A stretch of 64,000 nt of DNA from Gemmatimonadaceae bacterium (GTDB lineage Bacteria; Gemmatimonadota; Gemmatimonadetes; Gemmatimonadales; Gemmatimonadaceae): positions 2,595 through 66,594 of the forward strand of contig DATISA010000213.1 in the NCBI GenBank assembly GCA_035469245.1, in the 5' to 3' direction. Positions 1 to 8,543 of the stretch are shown piece after piece; positions within the stretch are counted from its first letter, which is position 1; the number at the start of each line of letters is the position of its first letter. The notes under the pieces are model-generated. The model did no database searches. It worked only from the letters and a program-made list of their open reading frames with translations, and was not told the origin of the DNA. Made by a program: the position numbers and the translations under genes.

Positions 1-332
1 CCTGCAAGGACGGTATTCTCGCCGCCCGCCACTCCGAACACCGTGTTCTCGAATGCGTCGCCCGGCATGCGTTCGAGATCTCGAAGCAGCGCATCGAGCG
101 CGTCTGGAATTTCTGCGGCGGCCTCGCACGCGATGAGCACTCCCGCGTAGGTCGCCACGTGGTGCGATGACTCGAGCCGGCGATGTCTGCCCGGTGTTGC
201 CAGGGAATGCGCCTCCCCCACTCGCACGTCCACCTCGGTGAATCGGACGCTCTTCGCACCTTCGGCTGCCGCATCGGCCAGCGCGGCGGCTGGACTCTCG
301 GCGCCGAAATAGAGCACGAGCAACTTCGGCAT
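1..332 (-). CDS. Flavodoxin-like fold protein (WrbA/NAD(P)H-quinone oxidoreductase-like), N-terminal part; runs off the window edge
   Basis: Own minus-strand translation from ATG at 332-330: MPKLLVLYFGAESPAAALADAAAEGAKSVRFTEVDVRVGE...GVLIACEAAAEIPDALDALLRDLERMPGDAFENTVFGVAGGENTVLAG. No stop before position 1. Missing from the ORF track because it is edge-truncated. The fold call rests only on the N-terminal strand/Gly pattern. Confidence 0.45.
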   Translation of the reverse strand, partial: MPKLLVLYFGAESPAAALADAAAEGAKSVRFTEVDVRVGEAHSLATPGRHRRLESSHHVATYAGVLIACEAAAEIPDALDALLRDLERMPGDAFENTVFGVAGGENTVLA

Positions 333-368
333 GATCTCATCTCCGCAAATCGCTGTGACGTGCGACTT

Positions 369-396
369 CTTGACGAAGCGCCCGGGCAAGTATACT
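369..396 (+). promoter_or_regulatory. Possible sigma70-type promoter for the H1-like gene
   Basis: CTTGAC(G) at 369-375 and TATACT at 391-396, spacer 15-16 nt. It would give a ~120 nt leader before the ATG at 525. Confidence 0.3.
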
Positions 397-524
397 AAGG
401 CGTTTGAAAAGCACCGATGCACGATGCGATTGGCTGCACCGGTGATCGGTACGCGATCTGCAGCCGTCGGGCGCCGTGTGCCGACCTCTCAATTCGTAAT
501 CACATAACCTCTCAGGAGGCGGGC

Positions 525-1202
525 ATGCCGCGGGGCGACGAGGTGCGCGAGGAGTATCGATTCTCCGACCGGGACGATGACGACGTCGACGGAATCGGAT
601 ACGGTGGCGGTGGTGCTTCCTACGACGACGAAGAAGAAGACGACGGTGGCTGGATGACCCACAAGGACGAGAGTGACGATCTGTGGGACAGCGCCGAGGA
701 CGTCGATGACGAGGAAGAGGAGCCTGGCGCACTCGACGAAGGAGAGGAGGAGGAAGACGGCGAGTTGTTCGAGTCGCCGCGACCAGCACGACCAGGCCGA
801 CCGGGCCGGCCAGCCGGATCGTCGAAGGCGGGCAATGCTGCTGGCGTGCCACCCGCGCCGGCTGCTCCGGCTCCCGCTGCGGCGCCCTCGGCGGAACGCC
901 CGGCCGCCAAGAAGGCCGCGGCTCCGGCTATGAAACCTGCGGCTAGCCCGCCTGCGCCAAAGAAGTCCGCGCAGAGCGCGCCAGCGGCAAAGTCATCGGC
1001 AGCAAAGAAGGCTGGCGCCAAGAAGACGGCGAAGAAAGCGGCAAAGAAGTCGGCGGCCAAGAAGGCGGCCAAGAAGTCCGGCGCCAAAAGGAGCGGTGCT
1101 AAAAAGGCCGGCGCACGCAAGGCCGCCAGAAAGAGTGGGGCAAAGCGGAGCGCCAAGCGCGCAGGCAAGCCCAGTCGAAAGAGCGCCAAGCGACGTCGCT
1201 GA
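525..1202 (+). CDS. Charge-bipolar histone H1-like / AlgP-like protein: acidic N-terminal half, Pro/Ala linker, Lys/Ala-rich C-terminal tail
   Basis: AGGAGG at 514-519, 5 nt before the ATG at 525. N-terminal half is D/E-rich (DDDDVDGIG...DDEEEDDGGW...DDEEEEPGALDEGEEEEDGELFE). Tail is AAKKAGAKKTAKKAAKKSAAKKAAKKSGAKRSGAKKAGARKAARKSGAKRSAKRAGKPSRKSAKRRR. A terminator follows. Confidence 0.75.
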   Translation: MPRGDEVREEYRFSDRDDDDVDGIGYGGGGASYDDEEEDDGGWMTHKDESDDLWDSAEDVDDEEEEPGALDEGEEEEDGELFESPRPARPGRPGRPAGSSKAGNAAGVPPAPAAPAPAAAPSAERPAAKKAAAPAMKPAASPPAPKKSAQSAPAAKSSAAKKAGAKKTAKKAAKKSAAKKAAKKSGAKRSGAKKAGARKAARKSGAKRSAKRAGKPSRKSAKRRR

Positions 1203-1221
1203 CCGGATCCACACTCGAACA

Positions 1222-1266
1222 CGGCAGCGGAGCGATCGCCTCCACGCTCCGCTGCCGTTTCACATT
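1222..1266 (+). terminator. Rho-independent terminator after the H1-like gene
   Basis: 13-bp perfect stem CGGCAGCGGAGCG (1222-1234) / CGCTCCGCTGCCG (1245-1257), 10-nt loop, then TTTCACATTACGTTT. Confidence 0.65.
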
Positions 1267-1276
1267 ACGTTTCGGC

Positions 1277-2005
1277 ATGACCGCCGCTGAGACCGAGTTG
1301 CACACGGATCTCTCATCCGAGAGCCGTTCCCGCCATCGGGCGAACGTCAAGACGTCGCAACGCGTCGCGTCCGCGATCGCGCACGAGCTGCGCAACCCGG
1401 TCTTCGGCATCGCCTCTGCCGCCCAGCTGCTGCGCTACCGCGTGACCGACGACCCGCTCATCGAACGGAACATCGGTCGCATTCTTCGCGAGGCCGAGCG
1501 ACTCAATGCGCTCGTGTCGGCGCTTCTTGAGTACGGACGTCCAGCGCCGGTGCTCCTCGCGCCGGCCGATCCGGACGACGTCTGGACCGACGTCATTGAG
1601 GCGCAGCGCGGTGCGCTCGAGAGCAAAGCACTCCTCCTGCGACACGTCGCCTCCGCCCCGCGGGCGCGCTGCGAGCTCGACGCCGAACAGCTGGCGCACG
1701 CCTACGCGAATGTGCTGGTCAACGCCATCGAAGCCGCGCCCGAAGGCAGTGACCTCACGATCGACTCGACCATTTCGCCCGACGGCGCCTGGCACAGTCG
1801 CGTCCACAACGACGGACAGTCGGTCTCGGACGATCTGCTGCCGCACGTTTTTGAACCGCTGGTCAGCAACAAGCCGGGCCACGCCGGGATCGGCTTGGCA
1901 GTCGCGCAACGCATCGTCGGCGAACATGGCGGCACGATCGCCCTCGAGAACAGCCGCGAGAGCGGGACGACGCTGATCTTCGCCCTCCCGGCCGCCCGTG
2001 GCTGA
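1277..2005 (+). CDS. Histidine kinase core (HisKA + HATPase_c) with no sensor or transmembrane region
   Basis: H-box ASAIAHELRNPVFGI. N-box LVNAIEAAPEGSDL. G-boxes HNDGQSV and KPGHAGIGLAVAQRIVGEHGGTIALEN. Only ~30 residues precede the H-box. Confidence 0.85.
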   Translation: MTAAETELHTDLSSESRSRHRANVKTSQRVASAIAHELRNPVFGIASAAQLLRYRVTDDPLIERNIGRILREAERLNALVSALLEYGRPAPVLLAPADPDDVWTDVIEAQRGALESKALLLRHVASAPRARCELDAEQLAHAYANVLVNAIEAAPEGSDLTIDSTISPDGAWHSRVHNDGQSVSDDLLPHVFEPLVSNKPGHAGIGLAVAQRIVGEHGGTIALENSRESGTTLIFALPAARG

Positions 2006-2546
2006 TTCGCCGATTGCTCTGCTCCGCGCGCACGCGAAGCATGCGCCCTGGAACGCCCGAGGCCTTGCAGCCCATGTGACCGCGCTCGTCGACGCTGCCG
2101 GCGTTCGCCCCACGAATGCCTCGGCACGCGCGGCGCCGAGCGCACGCTCGATCCGCTTCTACGTGGCGAACGGACTGCTCGAGCGGCCGGAAGGAGCAGG
2201 CACCGCCGCGACCTACAACTACCGCCACTTCCTGCAGCTGCTCGCGATCAAGATTCGCCAGCGCGAGGGCATCACACTCGACGTCATCAAGAGCGAGATG
2301 AAGGAAGTCACGGGAGATGCGCTGGAGCGTCGCGTCGCATCGTCGCTCGCCGCGGCCCTCGGCGCGACGATCGAGACGCGGCGCCAGGCGAGTGACGAAG
2401 ACGTCACCGCGAGCTGGCGACGCGTGCCGGTGGCCGACGGCGTCGAGCTGCACGTTCGCGACGACTCGCCGGCCTCACGCGACGACGCCCTCGTGGCCAT
2501 GCGCGAAGCCGTCCGCGCGGCGCTCGGCCGCGAAGACATCCGCTAG
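1998..2546 (+). CDS. Atypical MerR-like HTH protein; overlaps the kinase gene by 8 nt
   Basis: GTG start at 1998. SIRFYVANGLLERPEGAGTAATYNYRHFLQLLAIKIRQREGITLDVIKSEM resembles the MerR wing/recognition region (RyYe.kGLl.P....yR.Y....l..l..I..lr..G.sl.eIk). The helix-turn-helix upstream appears to carry an insertion. Confidence 0.5.
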   Translation: MADSPIALLRAHAKHAPWNARGLAAHVTALVDAAGVRPTNASARAAPSARSIRFYVANGLLERPEGAGTAATYNYRHFLQLLAIKIRQREGITLDVIKSEMKEVTGDALERRVASSLAAALGATIETRRQASDEDVTASWRRVPVADGVELHVRDDSPASRDDALVAMREAVRAALGREDIR

Positions 2547-2557
2547 ACGCCGCCGGA

Positions 2558-3853
2558 TCACAGCAGCCGGGAGAGCAGGGTAGCGCCCAGCTCGAGCGCC
2601 TTGGACCATATCGAGCGCTGGCGGAACTCGTCGAGCTTGATCTCCCTTGCATAGCGAAGATCATCGAAGAAGATCGAGTCCATCTGCGCGCCGAACGCGC
2701 TGTCCAGAACGACGAGGTTCGCCTCGTCGTTGAACGCCAGCGAGCGATTGTCGAAGTTCATTGATCCGACCGAGCTCCAAAGACCGTCGGCAACGATCGT
2801 CTTCGAGTGCAGCATCGTTGGCTGATACTCATAGACGTGTATTCCGTGCTGCAGGAGCTCCTCGTAGCGATAGCGTCCCGCGTACCAGGTCGTCTTCACG
2901 TCGGTCTTGTTGCTCACCGTCAACACGCGAACGTCCACGCCACGGCGCGCCGCGCGCTCGAGCAGCCGCCGGAAATCGTCGTCCGGGACGAAATACGAGT
3001 TCTCGATATACAGCGTTTTCCTGGCGCCCGTGATCGTCAGCGCCAGAAAACGCTCGGCGGGAGTGCTGCCGGTCGTTGGCGCGGCGAACATCAAGCCGGC
3101 GCGTGTAGCGCCGACCGGCTGAAACCCGCTTTCCGGAAAGAAGAGCGGGCCGGTCAGCAGCTCGCCGGTCGCTTCCGCCCACGCCGCCGCGAATGCCGAC
3201 TGAAGCTCCATGACCGCGGGGCCCTGGAACCGGACGTTGGATTCACGCCACTGCTCTTCATGATGGCCGTCGCCCAGCCAGTAATCGGCCAGCCCGAATC
3301 CGCCGGTGTAGGCGATGCGCCCGTCGACGACCACCACGCGCACGTGCGATCGGTTGGCCGCGTTCGAGATCGTGAACCACCGCAATTGGCGCAGCTTCGC
3401 CACCTCCACGCCCGCCTCACGCAACGATCGAATCCACTCGCGTGACAGGTGCTGTGAGCCAAATGCATCGACCAGGAGGAGCACGCGAACCTTGGCACGC
3501 GCACGCTCGCGCAGAATCGCGGCGAGCGTGTCCGCCACGCGGCCGGGGAGGGAATAGTACATCTGGACCGTGATCGTCTTGCGCGCCGACCGCAGGTCCG
3601 CCCAGAGCGGCGGATAGACGCCGTTGCCATTGTTCGCCTGTTGTACGGCATTACCGTCGTACACGTGCGTCCCGGTGAACAACTCCATTGTCCGCTCGAA
3701 CAACGAGTCGCCCACCGCGGGCGGACCCGAATCGGACAGTGTGACGACGTAACCGACCGGCGTGCCACGAGTGATCGTCAGCACGCCGATGAGTGCCATG
3801 GCGAGCACCGTCACAATCAGAATTACGAGACCAGTACGTTTGAGCGTCGACAT
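2558..3853 (-). CDS. cls: Cardiolipin synthase / phospholipase D family protein
   Basis: N-terminal TM helix LVILIVTVLAMALIGVL. Two HKD-type motifs: SHVRVVVVDGRIAYTGGFGL (H-x-R variant) and HSKTIVADGLWSSVGSMNFDNRS. Confidence 0.85.
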   Translation of the reverse strand: MSTLKRTGLVILIVTVLAMALIGVLTITRGTPVGYVVTLSDSGPPAVGDSLFERTMELFTGTHVYDGNAVQQANNGNGVYPPLWADLRSARKTITVQMYYSLPGRVADTLAAILRERARAKVRVLLLVDAFGSQHLSREWIRSLREAGVEVAKLRQLRWFTISNAANRSHVRVVVVDGRIAYTGGFGLADYWLGDGHHEEQWRESNVRFQGPAVMELQSAFAAAWAEATGELLTGPLFFPESGFQPVGATRAGLMFAAPTTGSTPAERFLALTITGARKTLYIENSYFVPDDDFRRLLERAARRGVDVRVLTVSNKTDVKTTWYAGRYRYEELLQHGIHVYEYQPTMLHSKTIVADGLWSSVGSMNFDNRSLAFNDEANLVVLDSAFGAQMDSIFFDDLRYAREIKLDEFRQRSIWSKALELGATLLSRLL

Positions 3854-3936
3854 GCTTCCTGTACCCTAACACAAGCTGTGCCACGCCGAGCTCGGTTCTG
3901 GTCACCAGCGTGGCTTTGCACCATCCTTAATGCCGC

Positions 3937-4644
3937 ATGTTCAGCACATCGACCGTTTTGCTCACCGGCGTCGGGGCCGATGGACAGGTCGGCGAGGTGG
4001 TCGCGAGCGCTTTCGCGAGCCTCGGCGCGTCTCTCGTTCTCGTCGATCGCCGCGCCGAGCGCGCGGAAGCCCGCGCTGCGGCGCTGTCGCGCGACGGTCG
4101 AACGGCCCGCGGCTACGGGTGCGATCTGACCAGCGCCGCCGACGTTGCCGCGCTCGCCGAACGAGTACGTCATGAGCACGGCGGCTCGCTTCACGCTCTT
4201 GTCCACATGGCGGGCGGGTTCGCCATGAGCGGTCCCGTTGTGGGCAGCACCGATGATGTCTGGGATCGACAGCTTGCGGTCAACCTCACCACAGCGTACG
4301 TCACGGCCCGCGCGTTTCTGCCGCTGCTTCGGCAAGGTCGCGGTTCGATCGTGTTCTTTGCCTCGCAGGCGGCACTACCCGGCGCTTCCGTCGCCGGGAT
4401 GTCGGCTTATGCCGCGGCGAAATCGGGCGTAGTCGCCCTGACGAGGGCGATCGCGGCTGAAGAGCGGGCGAGCGGTGTGCGGGCAAACGCCGTCGCGCCG
4501 GCGACGATTCGTACTGCCGCCAACGAGAGTGCGATGGGAGCGGACGCGCGCTACGTCGAGCGGGAGCAGGTCGCGGACGCCGTCGTGTTTCTCTGCTCTC
4601 CGCGGGCGAGCGCGATTTCCGGCATCGTGCTTCCGCTGGAGTGA
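3937..4644 (+). CDS. Short-chain dehydrogenase/reductase (SDR) family oxidoreductase
   Basis: Gly-rich NAD(P) motif LTGVGADGQVG, catalytic YAAAKSGVVALTR (YxxxK), and NAVAPATIRT. Confidence 0.85.
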   Translation: MFSTSTVLLTGVGADGQVGEVVASAFASLGASLVLVDRRAERAEARAAALSRDGRTARGYGCDLTSAADVAALAERVRHEHGGSLHALVHMAGGFAMSGPVVGSTDDVWDRQLAVNLTTAYVTARAFLPLLRQGRGSIVFFASQAALPGASVAGMSAYAAAKSGVVALTRAIAAEERASGVRANAVAPATIRTAANESAMGADARYVEREQVADAVVFLCSPRASAISGIVLPLE

Positions 4645-5507
4645 CTCGCGAAATGAAGCTCCCGGCGCGTCGGCGATCGCACGCGCATTCGGTCTTGCTC
4701 GACCGCTCGCTCGAAGAGTTTCCGCTCTTTCGGCTGAGCGACACGTCCGACGAGGCGGCGATCTCCTACACCACGGAAGACGGCGGACGCTGGCGCGTGC
4801 TCGCCAGTCCCGGCGACCGCCTGCCAGGAACGTTCGATCAGGACGTGTACATCGAGTTGATGCACCGCTACCACGAGGCCGGCGAGCCATCCGACGGTGC
4901 ATTGTCGTTCACCCTTCACGCGTTCCTGCGCTCGATGGGCCGCCAGGTCGACGGCCGTACTTACGAGCAGCTCCGCGGGGCACTCACCCGGCTCGAGCGA
5001 ACGGTCCTTCAATCCGAGCACAGCTACTTCGATGCCGGCCGATCGAGCGTCGCCGACATCAGCTTCACGCTCCTCACGTCGGTCATGATCGAGCGGCGTC
5101 GAACGCTCGACCGCGACCAGCTTCCGCTGTTCCCGAACGTCGCGGCGGCCGAACCCGGCGAGGCGCGCGTCACGATATCACCGACGGTCAGGCAAAACCT
5201 GACCGCCCGATACGTCGTCCCGCTCAGCATCTCACGGTACTTGTCGCTGCCCTCTCCCGCGGCGCGGCGGCTGTATCGGCTGATCGAGCTCGCGCGGGCG
5301 AACGGCGTTCTGACATGGCGCGTATCACTCGAGCGGCTGCGCGAACAACTCCCGCTCGCTCAGCGCTATCCGTCTCACCTGCAGCGAGTGCTCCAGCCGG
5401 CCCATGAGATGCTTAAGGAGGCCGGGGTGATCCGTGAGGCACTGGTTCGTCAACATCAGCGCAACTGGCTCGTCGATTACGTGCTCGGCGGTCGGCAAGC
5501 CGGTTGA
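4641..5507 (+). CDS. Replication initiator protein A (RPA)-family homologue
   Basis: Colinear with the plasmid RPA-family pattern as I recall it: EEFPLFRLSD, ISYTTEDGGRWRVLASPGDRLPGTFDQDVYIELMHRY, LSFTLHAFLRSMGRQVDGRTYEQLRGALTRLERTVL. The GTG at 4641 overlaps the SDR stop (GTGA); alternative ATG at 4653. Confidence 0.6.
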   Translation: MTREMKLPARRRSHAHSVLLDRSLEEFPLFRLSDTSDEAAISYTTEDGGRWRVLASPGDRLPGTFDQDVYIELMHRYHEAGEPSDGALSFTLHAFLRSMGRQVDGRTYEQLRGALTRLERTVLQSEHSYFDAGRSSVADISFTLLTSVMIERRRTLDRDQLPLFPNVAAAEPGEARVTISPTVRQNLTARYVVPLSISRYLSLPSPAARRLYRLIELARANGVLTWRVSLERLREQLPLAQRYPSHLQRVLQPAHEMLKEAGVIREALVRQHQRNWLVDYVLGGRQAG

Positions 5508-5587
5508 GTACGGCTGGACGCAGCTTGCAATACGGACCCGTTCGTTGAACAGTCCAGCAGTTGGAGGGTACTTAAACCCCGACCGCC

Positions 5588-5782
5588 ATGGCCACCAAGC
5601 TCGACAAAACGATTCGGCGCGAGATCGAGATCGACGGCGAGCCCTATACCGTCGCCATCTCGCCCACCGGGTTCCGGCTCACAAAAAAGCGTTTTCGTTC
5701 TGGGGTGGCACTATCCTGGAAGTCTGTGTGGGTCCGCCACGGCAACGAAGCAGCCGAAGAGATCGACGCCGCGGCTGAATAG
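5588..5782 (+). CDS. Small hypothetical protein (64 aa)
   Basis: ORF fills the gap between the RPA-like gene and the protease gene. High GC3 in the first half. No convincing SD and no recognisable motif. Confidence 0.4.
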   Translation: MATKLDKTIRREIEIDGEPYTVAISPTGFRLTKKRFRSGVALSWKSVWVRHGNEAAEEIDAAAE

Positions 5783-5819
5783 TGAGGACTGGGCCGAACT
5801 CTCCGTTCCGGCTCAGATT

Positions 5820-7466
5820 ATGGTTCGAGAACATCATACGCTGGACACACGCATGCCACGCACCCGAAAGGCCGCACTGCTCGGCGCATTCCTCATCCCA
5901 CTCGTCGCGGGTGGATTCCTGCTGCAGACTCGCCCGCAGCGCGAGGGAGCGGCGCTTCTCGACCAGGTCATGTCTCTGGTCAACGACCGGTACGTCGACA
6001 CGATTCCGCTGTCGGACGTATACGAGAAAGCCGCGTCCGGACTCGTCAAGGAGCTCAACGATCCATACAGCGAGCTGTTGACGCCGCGCGATCTCAAGCA
6101 GTTCAACAGCCGCACGGGCGGTCGCTACGGTGGGCTCGGGATGCTCATCGAAGAAGACCCACAGCTCCACGTGATTCGCGTGGTGACAGTGTATCCGAAC
6201 ACGCCGGCCGAGAATGGCGGCGTGCGCGAGGGCGATCTGATCGCCAGAGTGGACTCGGCATCCACGCGCGGCTGGACGATCAATCAGGTGTCCGATTCGC
6301 TCACCGGAACGCCAGGCACCAAGGTGCACGTTACCTTCGCGCGCCCCGGCATAACCCAGGCGATCGAGGGGACGTTCACGCGCGCCGTCATCAGGATTCC
6401 GGCTGTGCCGTACACGCTCACCTTCAATGACAAGATCGGCTACATCCCGCTGCAGACGTTCAACGAGAACGCGGCGGAGAATGTGCAGGCAGCTGTGCAA
6501 CAGTTGCAGGCGCGCGGCGCGCGCGGAATCATCCTCGACATGCGCGGCGATCCGGGCGGCATCCTCGAGCAGAGCCTCCAGGTGGCCAACATGTTCCTGC
6601 CACAGGGCCAGCTCATCGCGTCGGTGAAGGGACGCGAAGGTCCGATGCAGGTCGAGTCGGCGAAGTCCAGCGCGATTGCGCCGACGATTCCGCTCGTCGT
6701 GCTCACCGACGAGCGCACGGCGTCCGCATCCGAGATCGTGACCGGCGCGCTGCAGGACCACGACCGTGCGCTCGTCGTCGGCCAGACCAGCTTCGGCAAA
6801 GGATTGGTGCAGGGCGTCTACACCCTGGACGGCGGCTACGCGCTCAAGCTCACGACCGGCAAGTGGTTCACACCCAGCGGTCGGTCGATCCAGCGGCCGC
6901 GCAAGTTCGTGAACGGTCAGTTCGTCGAGGAAAACCCCGATACGAATGAGACCGATGCGAGCAAGAAGACTCGTCCAGCATACAAGTCGGACGCCGGACG
7001 CGTGGTGTACGGCGGCGGCGGGATTACGCCGGACGTGATCATTCCGGATGACACGCTCACGACCCCCGAGCAGGCGTTCGCGAAAGCGATCGCGCCCAAG
7101 AGCCAGGATTTCTTCACGGCGCTCGCGGACTACAGCCTGGAGCTTTCCAAAAAAGTTCAGCCGGATTTCACCGTGCAGCCGGCGTGGGTCGACGAGTTCT
7201 TCACTCGTCTGCAGGCCAAGGGTGTTACCACCGATCGCAAGGCGTACGACGCCGCGAGCCGCTATATCAGCCGGGCGCTCGAGCAGCGCGTATCGCACTT
7301 CGCGTTCGGCGATTCCACCGCCAAGCGCCGCGATCTGGCGTACGACGCGCCGCTGAGAAAGGCAATAGATCTGCTGAGCCACGGAGGTTCGCAGCGCGAG
7401 CTCTTCGTGGCGGCCGGCGAGCCGCTCGGGCCAGCACGCGCTCCCGCGCCCCAGAAGAAGCCGTAG
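5820..7466 (+). CDS. S41 family C-terminal processing peptidase (PDZ domain-containing)
   Basis: GIILDMRGDPGGILEQS, TASASEIVTGALQDHDRALVVGQTSFGKGLVQ. The more likely start is MPRTRKAALLGAFLIPLV at 5853 (signal-like). Confidence 0.9.
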   Translation: MVREHHTLDTRMPRTRKAALLGAFLIPLVAGGFLLQTRPQREGAALLDQVMSLVNDRYVDTIPLSDVYEKAASGLVKELNDPYSELLTPRDLKQFNSRTGGRYGGLGMLIEEDPQLHVIRVVTVYPNTPAENGGVREGDLIARVDSASTRGWTINQVSDSLTGTPGTKVHVTFARPGITQAIEGTFTRAVIRIPAVPYTLTFNDKIGYIPLQTFNENAAENVQAAVQQLQARGARGIILDMRGDPGGILEQSLQVANMFLPQGQLIASVKGREGPMQVESAKSSAIAPTIPLVVLTDERTASASEIVTGALQDHDRALVVGQTSFGKGLVQGVYTLDGGYALKLTTGKWFTPSGRSIQRPRKFVNGQFVEENPDTNETDASKKTRPAYKSDAGRVVYGGGGITPDVIIPDDTLTTPEQAFAKAIAPKSQDFFTALADYSLELSKKVQPDFTVQPAWVDEFFTRLQAKGVTTDRKAYDAASRYISRALEQRVSHFAFGDSTAKRRDLAYDAPLRKAIDLLSHGGSQRELFVAAGEPLGPARAPAPQKKP

Positions 7467-7475
7467 ATTCAGGGC

Positions 7476-8528
7476 ATGCGACCACTCATCTCGACCGCCG
7501 CCACGATCACCGTCGTGGCGGCGGTCTTGTCTTGTGCCCGGACCGCCCGTCAGCCCACGTCGGGCCCGCAGCCCGAAGCCGGGGAACGGCATTTCGGCCA
7601 CATCCGGCAAATGACCTTTGGCGGTGAAAATGCCGAGGCATACTTCAGCCGCGACGGCAAGCGATTGATCTTCCAATCGACTCGCGACGGCCGCCCGTGC
7701 GATCAGCAGTACGTCATGAACGTCGATGGATCAGGCGTGCGACGCGTGTCCACCGGCTTCGGCAAGACCACGTGCGGTTACTTCTTCGACGCGGACCGCA
7801 AGATCTTCTTTGCGTCGACGCACGCCGCGGACACCGCGTGCCCGCCCAAGCCCGATCCTTCCAAGGGCTATGTGTGGGGGCTCGATCCGTACGATATCTA
7901 CACAGCCAACGACGACGGATCGAATCTGCATCGACTCACCAACTACGGCGTCTACACCGCTGAAGGAACGCTTTCGCCCGATGGGCAAACGATCGTCTTC
8001 ACGTCGCTCAAGGACGGCGATCTCGATATCTACACGATGCGAATCGACGGCAGCGGCATCAAGCGCCTCACCTTTCAGCCGGGTTACGACGGCGGCCCCT
8101 TCTTCTCGCCGGACGGAAAGAAGATCGTTTACCGCGCCTGGCATCCGACCGATACCGCACTGACCAACTACCGCGACCTGCTCCGTCAACGTCTCGTCCG
8201 TCCCAACCGCATGGAAATCTGGGTCATGAACGCCGACGGTTCGGACCAGCACCAGATCACCAATCTCGGCGGCGCCAACTTTGCTCCGTTCTTCACCCCC
8301 GACGGCCGCCGCATCATCTTCTCGTCGAACTACAAGAATCCCCGGAGCAGAAACTTCGAATTGTATTTGGTGAACGCCGACGGCTCGAACCTCGAGCAGG
8401 TGACGAATCATCCGGAGTTCGACGGCTTCCCCATGTTCAGCCCCGACGGCCGATCGCTCGTGTGGGCCTCCGGCCGTTCTTCCAGGGAAGGCGAGCTGAA
8501 TCTGTTCATCGCCGAGTGGAAGCCCTGA
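7476..8528 (+). CDS. TolB-like WD40/PD40 beta-propeller repeat protein, secreted
   Basis: Repeated PD40 motifs: FSRDGKRLIFQS, LSPDGQTIVFTS, FSPDGKKIVYRA, FTPDGRRIIFSS, FSPDGRSLVWAS. N-terminal signal sequence. Confidence 0.85.
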   Translation: MRPLISTAATITVVAAVLSCARTARQPTSGPQPEAGERHFGHIRQMTFGGENAEAYFSRDGKRLIFQSTRDGRPCDQQYVMNVDGSGVRRVSTGFGKTTCGYFFDADRKIFFASTHAADTACPPKPDPSKGYVWGLDPYDIYTANDDGSNLHRLTNYGVYTAEGTLSPDGQTIVFTSLKDGDLDIYTMRIDGSGIKRLTFQPGYDGGPFFSPDGKKIVYRAWHPTDTALTNYRDLLRQRLVRPNRMEIWVMNADGSDQHQITNLGGANFAPFFTPDGRRIIFSSNYKNPRSRNFELYLVNADGSNLEQVTNHPEFDGFPMFSPDGRSLVWASGRSSREGELNLFIAEWKP

Positions 8529-8543
8529 AATCGTCGTGCTGGG

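Noticed and set aside
900-1200. Highly repetitive GCC/AAG/AAA DNA that could be mistaken for a tandem repeat or CRISPR-like array
   Set aside because: It is in frame and encodes the Lys/Ala-rich tail of the H1-like protein. There is no repeat-spacer periodicity. No CRISPR array is present anywhere in the window.
4641-5782. Integrated plasmid or prophage around the RPA-like gene
   Set aside because: There is no integrase, recombinase, relaxase, toxin-antitoxin pair, tRNA or att-like repeat. There is no compositional break. The gene is translationally coupled to a housekeeping-type SDR.
5679-7676. 665-aa ORF on the minus strand, the longest in that region
   Set aside because: It lies antisense to the motif-rich S41 peptidase gene. 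It is Arg/Gly/Leu-rich with no motifs. Long antisense ORFs of this kind are typical high-GC artefacts. The same reasoning applies to 30228-31565 (antisense to argG), 24724-26109 (antisense to the M28 and Smr genes), 58793-60331 (antisense to the MFS gene) and 28135-29550 upstream of the argB ATG.
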